Source: a virus (Duplodnaviria; Caudoviricetes). From it: a DNA stretch of 64,000 nucleotides. Position numbers and translations under genes: made by a program. Shown here in pieces: positions 16,751-24,800 of the stretch (within the stretch, counting starts at the first letter, position 1; each line of letters starts with the position of its first letter). The DNA lies in the IMG/VR virus record IMGVR_UViG_3300043642_000037, positions 64,001 to 128,000 of that record; one strand, written 5' to 3'. The notes beneath the pieces were generated by a model that saw only the letters and a list, made by a program, of their open reading frames with translations, did no database searches and was not told the DNA's origin.

Positions 16751-18088
16751 CTACCTCGTGCCGGCTCGCATGGCGTGCTCGATGCGCCGGACGTGGTCGC
16801 GCATCGCCGCCTCCTTGCCCTTCTCGTCGTCGCCGTCCTTGTCGTCCTTGTCGTCTTTCTTCGCGAAGGGGTTCTCACCCTTCTTGTCGTCCTTGTCGTC
16901 GTCCTTCTTCTCGCCCTTGTCCTCCTCCTTGCGCATGAAGAACGGCAGACCGCTCTCCTCGGCGGCCTTGCTCTGGTTGTTCTTGCGGCCGTCGTAGGCG
17001 CCCGGGCGCGAGTGGGTCGCGTCGGAGCTGTGCTGCGCGTACCCGTCGGACCGCGAGCCCGGCGGAACCGCGGCGGGCGCCGCCGCCGCCGTGCGCTCCT
17101 GGACGGAGGTCTGCAGGCCCGTGAGGTAGGCGGCCTTCTCGGCGACCTGCATTCCCATGCACGCGCGGACGTGAGCCACCTTCTCGTCCTCGGACAGGGA
17201 GGCGGGAATGTAGGGGAAGCACTCGGCCGCCGTCTTCTTGAAGACGGCGATCCACGGGTCCTCGGCCGCGGCCTTCGACGAGTGCTGAGTGACCGAGTTC
17301 GATCCGCTCGGCGACTCGCTGGGACCGTTGGGCTGCGGGGTCTCGCGACCGATGATCGCCGGGCCCTTGGCCTGGCTCATCAGTTCGCCGAGTCCGCCCT
17401 GCATGGGGAGCACGGCGTATCCGGATGGACGCTGCGACATGTCCATCTTGCCCTCCGCGGTGGTCGGCTCCTTGTTGCCCTTGTCCCCACCGAGGATGGT
17501 GGTGCCCTCCGCGATCTTCCGCATCATGTCGGCGAGCGACGCGGTCCTGGACTGCTCGGTCACCGAGTTCTCTCCCGAGGGAGACTCGTGCGGGCGGTTC
17601 GGCTGGTCCTGCTCCTTGCCGACCGCCCCGGCGCGGGTGTCGACCTCGGTCTTACCGAGGCTGTTCTCGGCGTAGCCGGGCGGGCGCTGCGCCGCGTCCA
17701 TCTTGGTCTCGCCCTGACCCGACTCGGCCTGCGTGTTGCCCTTGTCGCCGCCCTCGATCGTGCTGCCCTCCGCGCGCTTCTCGGCTTCCTCCATCAGGTG
17801 CGTGGCGTTGGCCTGCGCGATCTTCTCGAGGTCGGCCTGGTTCTCGACGCGGTTGAACGAGGCGGCCTTGAAGCCGGGCCGCTGCTGGCGGATCCTGTTC
17901 GACGCGTCGATGACCGTGTTCGCGATCTTCGCCGTCGCGTCCCCGGGGCTCGCGGGATCGAAGTCCAGCTGGTCCGCGACGTAGTCCGCGACCTTGATCG
18001 CGTCGCCGCCGTCCTCGAACTGGGCGCGCCCGCCCTGGATCACTGCCAGCGCGACACCGCGGGCGTATGCTTGCTTGAACATGGTCAT
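16751..18088 (-). CDS. scaffold/core polyprotein-like head protein with internal duplication
   Basis: RBS AGGAG; two ~75-aa repeats (EG(S/T)TI.GGDKGN...QRP.GYA...ESPSG.NSVT); more than 10 K-x-A; K/D-rich tail. Confidence 0.7.
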   Translation of the reverse strand: MTMFKQAYARGVALAVIQGGRAQFEDGGDAIKVADYVADQLDFDPASPGDATAKIANTVIDASNRIRQQRPGFKAASFNRVENQADLEKIAQANATHLMEEAEKRAEGSTIEGGDKGNTQAESGQGETKMDAAQRPPGYAENSLGKTEVDTRAGAVGKEQDQPNRPHESPSGENSVTEQSRTASLADMMRKIAEGTTILGGDKGNKEPTTAEGKMDMSQRPSGYAVLPMQGGLGELMSQAKGPAIIGRETPQPNGPSESPSGSNSVTQHSSKAAAEDPWIAVFKKTAAECFPYIPASLSEDEKVAHVRACMGMQVAEKAAYLTGLQTSVQERTAAAAPAAVPPGSRSDGYAQHSSDATHSRPGAYDGRKNNQSKAAEESGLPFFMRKEEDKGEKKDDDKDDKKGENPFAKKDDKDDKDGDDEKGKEAAMRDHVRRIEHAMRAGTR

Positions 18089-18124
18089 CTAGTGCTCCTG
18101 GGTCGCGATCGTGTTTCGTTGTGG

Positions 18125-18153
18125 ATGATAGGTCAGATCGTCGGTTATCCCAA
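18125..18153 (-). promoter_or_regulatory. sigma70-type promoter TTGGGA-N17-TATCAT
   Basis: 17-nt spacer; CC precedes the -10; upstream of the RBS for 18088. Confidence 0.6.
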
Positions 18154-18558
18154 GACCTTGGCCTTGGCCGCGCCCGCCGCCATCGGTGGAGACGGCGGGG
18201 CCGGAGGCTTCATCGAGGGCGGAGACATCGCCCCACCCATCGACTGGCCGTTGAGGGTCGGATTGTACCCGGCGGCGCCCGCCTGCATGTTGGACATCTT
18301 GTACCGAGCAAGAGCCGCAGCTTTGCCAGCTTCAAATGCGTTGTTCATGGGTTTGAAATTGTCCTCGAAGTATTTCTTGGCGACCAACCACTGGTCTGTG
18401 TGGTCTTTTGGATTTCGAGCGATCATGTCTCCGGACTTCGGAGAGCCGTTTTTTCGATCTGCGGCGCTGATGCTGACGTCTACAAGTCGTTCTTCTGGTT
18501 TATAGGGACGCAGCTCCGCTACGTCTGTTCGACGATACTTTTCAAATTCGTCTGTCAC
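18145..18558 (-). CDS. chimeric protein: lower-GC small phage domain fused to a head-protein-like C-terminal part
   Basis: GTG 18558 overlaps the upstream TGA; N-part 'KYRRTDVAELRPY...GDMIARNPKDHTDQWLVAKKYFEDNF'; internal Met at 18348 begins 'MNNAFEAGKAAALARYKMS'. Confidence 0.6.
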   Translation of the reverse strand: MTDEFEKYRRTDVAELRPYKPEERLVDVSISAADRKNGSPKSGDMIARNPKDHTDQWLVAKKYFEDNFKPMNNAFEAGKAAALARYKMSNMQAGAAGYNPTLNGQSMGGAMSPPSMKPPAPPSPPMAAGAAKAKVLG

Positions 18559-19130
18559 GGAAGGTCCTGTCTGGGAGTGGTCCCCAACACGTGGTCCAGC
18601 CCGCGCCCGACGACGTGACCGAGGCCCCTGCCGACCCCGAGACCGATTGGGGTTCCAATCATGCCGCCGGCGGTGCCGCCGTACATCATGCCGGCAAGGC
18701 CGCCCACGCCGCCGAGGAGACGCGACATTCGGCCCTCCGAGGCGTCCTGGCGCATCATGCTCGGCAGCGCCGCGGCGGTCAGCAGGGTGCCCGCGCGTCC
18801 GGCGGCCTGCATGAATGGCCGGCCGGGCATCGAGGGCCACAGGACGTTGCGCCAGTGGAGAGAGCCGCCGGGTGCGAACGTCCTGGCGCCCTCGACGAAG
18901 GCGTTGGGTCCCTGCCCGAAGGCGACGAGCTTGGCGGTGCCGGCCGCGGAGTCGACGAGGCCCTGGCCCAGGTAGGCCAGCTTGGCGGCGCGAACCCCCT
19001 CGGTGAGGGCCTGCACGATTGTCGACAGCTCCGTCGAAGGTTTTGCATGTTGGTGCGGCCGATGTCCGTGTCTTGCGAAGTGTTCGCGCATGGTGTCGAC
19101 GGAGTACCCTGGGTCGTTCGGACCGAACAC
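18555..19130 (-). CDS. glycine-zipper head/ejection protein candidate
   Basis: C-terminal 'LLGGVGGLAGMMYGGTAGGMIGTPIGLGVGRGLGHVVG'; AKLA; exact start uncertain. Confidence 0.55.
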   Translation of the reverse strand: MFGPNDPGYSVDTMREHFARHGHRPHQHAKPSTELSTIVQALTEGVRAAKLAYLGQGLVDSAAGTAKLVAFGQGPNAFVEGARTFAPGGSLHWRNVLWPSMPGRPFMQAAGRAGTLLTAAALPSMMRQDASEGRMSRLLGGVGGLAGMMYGGTAGGMIGTPIGLGVGRGLGHVVGRGLDHVLGTTPRQDLP

Positions 19131-20908
19131 TAGTACCTTCCTTCCGGGCCCTGCCCGAACTCGGTTCCGGCGGCGTACGCCGGAACGGGCGAGTAGCCGT
19201 GAACGTCGGCGTGGTCGCCGCGGTGGGCGCCGGCCAGCAGGCTCTCCTTCAGGTACCGGTGACCAAGACGCGCCATCCAGTCTGGGTTCAGCAACGGGGT
19301 TCTCGACGCGGGCCGCATGAGCGGGGCCGCCATCGGAGCGTTGTCCGCCACGTTCACCTCGTGAACCCCGCGACGCGCGAGCACGCTTGCGACGTCGGGC
19401 GTCACCCGGGTTCCGGCGGTGAAGTGGAACGCGTCCTGCGCGAGCGTCTCGCCCGCTGCCTCGGCCAGGCCGACACGCCTGTGGGACGCGGCGAGCGCGG
19501 CGCGGAACCTGTTGTAGTCGATCACGTCGCCCTTCATGAAGGCGTCGTCCGGCCCCGGATCGATGATCTGGACGTGGGACAGCACGCTTCTCGCGAGCGT
19601 CTCGAGGTGGCGCTTGTCGACGTCCGCGCCGGCGCGCCGGTACACGTCGTGAAGAGCGTCGACCAGGTAGCGCCTGCCCTCGCCGAGCCCCTTGTGACGG
19701 ACGATCTCGTCGGGACGAGGCACGCCGTCCGACAGCGTGTCGCCGGCGAACAACGGCTGGCCTACGGCCACCGTCACCCGCTGGTCCGGCGGGACGTAGT
19801 GGCGCGACCCCTCGACGGTGACGTAGGCGCCTCCCTGTGGGGCGGGCTCGACGATCCCGACCTTGCCGTCCCTGTCCGCGAGCACGGCCTTGTGGAGGAA
19901 TGAGGTCGGTATCTCGAGGAGCTGGCGGACCCCCTTTATCCCCTCGAGCTGCTTCTTGTCGGTCGCGGCCGCAGCGACGCGGCCGCCGTGCTTGGCGTTC
20001 AGGCTGAACTGGGTCAACGGCTCACTGAGCGCCTGCGCCGCGCGCATGCCGACGTTGGTGCCCAGCACGTGCGGGTGTCCCGAGGGGTCGAGACCCTGGC
20101 AGCGCTGGCAGATGCCGTGCGGCGCCTCGCAGGTCATCGGCGATCGGACTGTGACGGGGTCCCCCTTCGCCGCGATTGACGATGCGAGCCCAGGAGTCAC
20201 CAGACGACCGTCGGTCAGGTAGCGATCGATCAGGTGCGGATCGGCCGCGGCCATCTCGATCCCGTTCCGCGTGCCGCAGTCGAGGGTCGTGATGAGCTTG
20301 TCGCCCATATTGTTGACGAGGATCTTCGCCAGGTCCCCCGGCTCGACGACCGAGATGTTCGACCTCACCGCGTTGACTCGAGCCTCGCCGCCCGCGACCC
20401 AGGCGTCGGCGGGCGTCAGGCCCTCGGAGAAGCTCTTCTTGATCAACCAGGGCACCGTTCGGTCCCTGGAGTCCCTGGCCAGGACCGGAGAGCCGACCGC
20501 GCGCATGAGCTGGGCCGCGTTGCCGCGTCCGCCCGACCTCACCATCTCCCCCATCGCCCCCTTGTCGCGCTTGGCGAGCGAGAGCATCGCGTCCTGCGCC
20601 GCGAACAAGGCCTTCTCCCTGTCCGCGTGCGTCCTCGCCGCGTGGAAGGCGTCAACGTGCGGCGCCAGCATGGCGTCCCGCTCCGGGTGCGGCGCGATGT
20701 CGTCGAGCCCGACCGAGATGCCCTCCAGCGTCGCGACCTCGTCGCCGAGCCGCTTGAGCCTGGTGACGACCTCGGGATACGCGGAGGGATCGGACTTCGC
20801 CAGGCGAACCAGGCTGTCGTTGAGCACGCCCTTGGTCAGGGCCTGGTCGTCGTGTCGCCAGCCCTTCGGCAGCACCGCGTCGACGAGATGTTGTCCCAGC
20901 GTTCGCAT
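19130..20908 (-). CDS. rpoC: DNA-directed RNA polymerase, beta' C-terminal subunit
   Basis: 'SGGRGN', 'SFSEGL', bridge helix 'EAR...EPGDL', Zn site DCGT/RSPMTC/ICQRC, trigger loop 'AAQALSEPLTQFSLNAKH'; start re-assigned to ATG 20908. Confidence 0.93.
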   Translation of the reverse strand: MRTLGQHLVDAVLPKGWRHDDQALTKGVLNDSLVRLAKSDPSAYPEVVTRLKRLGDEVATLEGISVGLDDIAPHPERDAMLAPHVDAFHAARTHADREKALFAAQDAMLSLAKRDKGAMGEMVRSGGRGNAAQLMRAVGSPVLARDSRDRTVPWLIKKSFSEGLTPADAWVAGGEARVNAVRSNISVVEPGDLAKILVNNMGDKLITTLDCGTRNGIEMAAADPHLIDRYLTDGRLVTPGLASSIAAKGDPVTVRSPMTCEAPHGICQRCQGLDPSGHPHVLGTNVGMRAAQALSEPLTQFSLNAKHGGRVAAAATDKKQLEGIKGVRQLLEIPTSFLHKAVLADRDGKVGIVEPAPQGGAYVTVEGSRHYVPPDQRVTVAVGQPLFAGDTLSDGVPRPDEIVRHKGLGEGRRYLVDALHDVYRRAGADVDKRHLETLARSVLSHVQIIDPGPDDAFMKGDVIDYNRFRAALAASHRRVGLAEAAGETLAQDAFHFTAGTRVTPDVASVLARRGVHEVNVADNAPMAAPLMRPASRTPLLNPDWMARLGHRYLKESLLAGAHRGDHADVHGYSPVPAYAAGTEFGQGPEGRY

Positions 20909-20909
20909 G

Positions 20910-21323
20910 TCACATCGACGGCGGGTAGCCCGGGGGCGATCCATAGCCCTGCTGGGCCATCATGGCTCGACGTCGCGCCTGCTCATCCTGCTCCTGGTTG
21001 CGTCGGTGCCACATGTACAACCCGCCGGCGGCGAGCGTCGGCGCGAGCTTGCCCGCGTTTCCGATGGCCTGCTGTCGGTGAGTCGCGCGCGCGAGGTCCA
21101 TGCTCTGCGGTGGCACGGCCCCTGTGATCAGGGTGGGGTTCATCTGTCCGCCCAGGCCGCCTCGCAGGTTGCGAAACAGGTCCTTGGCCGCGCCGGCCTG
21201 ACCCGCGCCGAACGTCTTCAGCTTGTCGAGGATGCCGGCCGGCGCGACGTCGGCCATCTTGAACCTCGCCAGGGCGTGTCGGACGCCCGCATGCGCAAAC
21301 GGGGTGACGTGTGTCGTCGACAT
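20910..21323 (-). CDS. small head/core protein between the RNAP genes (137 aa)
   Basis: ATG overlaps the upstream TGA; 'AGVRHALARFKMA' motif; hydrophobic 'LAPTLAAGGLYMW'. Confidence 0.6.
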   Translation of the reverse strand: MSTTHVTPFAHAGVRHALARFKMADVAPAGILDKLKTFGAGQAGAAKDLFRNLRGGLGGQMNPTLITGAVPPQSMDLARATHRQQAIGNAGKLAPTLAAGGLYMWHRRNQEQDEQARRRAMMAQQGYGSPPGYPPSM

Positions 21324-21790
21324 CAGACGCCTCCAAACGCGGATGGGCCGACGCCCGATCGGCCGCCGGCGTCGCCCGCGGCCGTGCTGCTGGGCGGACC
21401 CCAGTTGGTCGATCGATCGAGCGGGTTCTTGGCCGCGACGGGCGCCCCCGGCTGCGGCGGCTCGTCGAGCGCCTGGAGCATTCGAGCCAGGTCCTCCGAC
21501 GATCGTCGATCGCCGTACTCGTTCGCCTTCTTGGCGTGGCCCTTCGCCGCCACCGTCTTGCCCGCCGCGTCGAACCCGTGAAAGGTCCGATCCGGGATCT
21601 TGAGCCGAAGCTCCTCCCCCGCGCGCTTGAGGCCGAAGCGCTCCAGCGCGGCGATCGCGCCGGACGCTCTCGCGTGCTTGACGTGCTCGGGCAACGTCAC
21701 GTCCTTGGGCGTGTGGTCCGCGAACTCCCGTGCCACCTCCGGGTGGTTGGCCCAGAGGTACTTTCGTTGCGCGTCGGATCGGAAGGGCAC
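21323..21790 (-). CDS. small head/core protein with PF(K/R)S-x-AQR N-terminal domain
   Basis: GTG 21790 gives 'PFRSDAQRKYLWANHPEVAREFADHTP'; 'SGAIAALERFGLKRA' motif; -10 box 9 nt upstream. Confidence 0.6.
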   Translation of the reverse strand: MPFRSDAQRKYLWANHPEVAREFADHTPKDVTLPEHVKHARASGAIAALERFGLKRAGEELRLKIPDRTFHGFDAAGKTVAAKGHAKKANEYGDRRSSEDLARMLQALDEPPQPGAPVAAKNPLDRSTNWGPPSSTAAGDAGGRSGVGPSAFGGV

Positions 21791-21799
21791 GGCACCCCA

Positions 21800-21807
21800 A
21801 GTATAGG
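21800..21807 (-). promoter_or_regulatory. -10 element CCTATACT, probable leaderless transcript
   Basis: Same CCTATACTT as at 50242-50250; 9 nt from the start codon. Confidence 0.6.
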
Positions 21808-21810
21808 CCG

Positions 21811-24800
21811 TCACTCGCCGATGTGGATATGGTCGTTCAGGGCAACCTCTCCGCGGTGATACGCGGCGCGGGCGTCCTGCAGGGACGCGAACCTCTTCGC
21901 CGTTCGACCGGAGGCCGGCTGGGTGGCCCTGTGGAGACCGAGCACGGCCTCCATGTCGGGCGCGACGTTGAGCATGCCCGGCCTTCGATCCGCGAAGATC
22001 TGGTGCGAGAGCGTCATCCGCTTGACGTCCTCCACGCCCGCGGGTGTCACCGGGGCGTGGATCTGCATCGCGTCGCCATCGTAATCCGCGTTGGTCCCTC
22101 GCTCAGCGAAGGGGTTGAGTGTGATCGTCTTGCCTTCGGTCATCCTTGGGTAAGCGCCGATGATGTTGTGGCGGGTCAACGAGGGCGCACGGTTGACCAT
22201 GACCGGGCGCTCTCGTGTCTCGTTGATCAACTCGTCTTTGGCGATCGGCGCTTTGTCCTCGACCAGCTTTTGCGCGTCGATAGCCGAGTAACCCCGCCGT
22301 ACGAGCCGTCCAATTACGAACTTGGAATACATGCCCCAGAGCATGTCGGTGGGTACGCCGATCTCATCCATGGATAGCGTGGGGTCTGGCGCGATGGTCG
22401 CGCGTCCGCTGACGTCCTGCTGGCGCTTCATGAGCTTCGATTGGAAGAACCCTGAGCCAGGCCGGCTTCCGGTGATCGTTGCGATGTATCCCTTGGCACC
22501 TCGGCGCAGCACCCCGGGGCTAACGGGGTCACCGACGCCGAACAACGCGCTGACAGCGTCGAACAGGTGTCTGCGCGGCGCGTGAAGCTCGGATTCCGGT
22601 AGGACCTTCGTCGAGTCCTTGAGCTGGTCGTTTGCCAGGAACGCGTCGCGGTACAGCAGGTTCGCGTCGCCGACCTGGAGCCTGCCGTCCTTGAGGGGAA
22701 GGATCGGTCGAATGATCGGCGGCGTGACAGGGACCTTGCTGATCACGTAGGCATCCGCGGGCTTCAATCCGTGCGCCTGGAGGGCCGCCAGGTACTTCGC
22801 CTGCTTGACCGCGTCGTCGAGCGCCGCGCCGCGCAGGTGCCTGGATCGATCGCGCAGCTCCTCGAGACGGGACGGCACGTCGATGCGGCCCAGCTCGCTG
22901 CGAAACCACTCTCCGCCGCGGCCGGTTCTCTCCGCGAACTCCTTCTGGGTCAGGCCGAGGAGCCGGCGCACGGGCTCCTCGAACACGGGGTTGACGATCG
23001 ACTCGGACAGCTCGACGTGCGACCACTTGGTGCCGGCCATTCCGCCGGTCCTCGCGGGGTCGAACATCCCGCCGGTCTCCGGGCGCAGGTCCTTGGCTCG
23101 AATCATCTTGCTCGGGTCGGGCAGCTCGCCGGAGGACATCTTCAGGATGTCCGCGTCGGTGAGCGGCCCTAGGGCCAGCCTCGAGCCCGCCTTGGAGATC
23201 TTGACGCCGGCGCCCGAGAGCATCGCGTGCAGCTTGTCGTACGCGAACGGCGTGCGCGGGGCGGGCGCGGGGGTGCCGAGCTGCACCGAGCGCCAGAACT
23301 CGTCGTTGCGCTGGCTCTTGATCGCCGCGGACTCGCGGAGCACGGCCCTCGCGTTGTGCGCGACGAGACCGTCGAACTCCATCTTGCCGATGCCCTTGGC
23401 GCCGTCGTCGCCGCCTCGCGCGGGCTGCTGGTTGTAGTCGTAGCGCTCGGCGCCGTGCGCCGCCCAGTTGCTGTCGGTCGTCTTGAAGAGCTTGAGGAAG
23501 TACGACTTGCCGACGAACACGCCCGGCACGCTCTTGCCCGTCATCGGGTCGACCACCGTCTCCTTGTCCGACAGGCCGTTGCTCTTGAGCAGGCCCTTGG
23601 CGTATGCGACGGCGTCCCGCGCGGCGAACTGCGGGACGAGAATGGGCTCGCCCCGGTGGTCGGCGACCTTGCCGAGCGACGCCTCGACCAGCTGCGCGGG
23701 GTTGATGCGCGTGATGATGCCGGCGCTGGTGAGGATGACGTCGACCGGGCGTCCCTTCTCGTCATGAATCATTTGTGCATCTGGGATTATTTTGGCGACT
23801 ACGCCTTTTGCGCCAAACCTGTTCGAGATCTTGTCGCCGACCTGCAGGGTCTCCTGCGTCTTGACCGTGGCGCTGTGGCGCTCGCCGGTCTTCGAGACGT
23901 CCGTCACGACTCCGGGGTGGTCGTGGGTCCACGTCTCGACGATTTCGGCGTAGGGACGAACGAGCGACTTGGAGAGCTTCCCCAGGAGCGCCGCGTCGCC
24001 CGTCGCCGTCTCGGGCCTCACGCCGATGATGATCGGGTCGCCCTTCTGCAGGACGGTGCCAGGCCGGGCGACGCCGCTCTCGTCGAGCGCGTCGTACTGC
24101 CGGGCGGAGTAGCGCCCGCCGAAGTACGCCCGATGCTTCTCCCTGCTGGTCTCGACGTCGCCCGCCTTGCTGAGCACGTGATGGAACATGTGCTCGGACG
24201 TGAGCTTGTCCGCCGCGCCTTGGCTGACCACGATCCCGTCGTTGGTGTTCAGGCCTCGGTACGGCATGTACGCGACGCGCAGGTTCGTCCCCAGCGCCAG
24301 CACACCGTCCCTGGTGAAGTTGGACTCGGCGAGCGGCTGTCCCTCGCGCACCAGGTCCCCCTCCTTCACCGTCAGCTTGTTGTTGAGGTAGGTCTTGGCC
24401 GCGAGCGGGAAGTCGTGATCGTAGTGCAGTCGAAGGGGGCCGTCAGCGGCGTGCTTCTCGCCGCCCGGAACGAAGTGAATGTAGTCGGCGTCGATCTTGT
24501 CGATGCGGCCGGCCGACGGCGCGGTCGGCACGATGAGTCGAACCATCTCGCGCTCGACCGACATTCCAGGATTCCAGGACTCGACCTGCACCAGAGGCGC
24601 CTCGCGATGCGTCAGAGGGAGCGCCTGGCCCTGGTGCTTGGACGCCATCAGGGCGCGGTTTCCCTGCATGCCGTTGAGGAGGGGAAGGAGGTTGGTCGTC
24701 GCGCCGTACATGTCCGACGCGTGCCGCACCTGGTGCGTCACCTCGGACGACGCGACGCGCTGCACGGATCCGTCCTTCATCACGTCGACGATTCGTCCCG

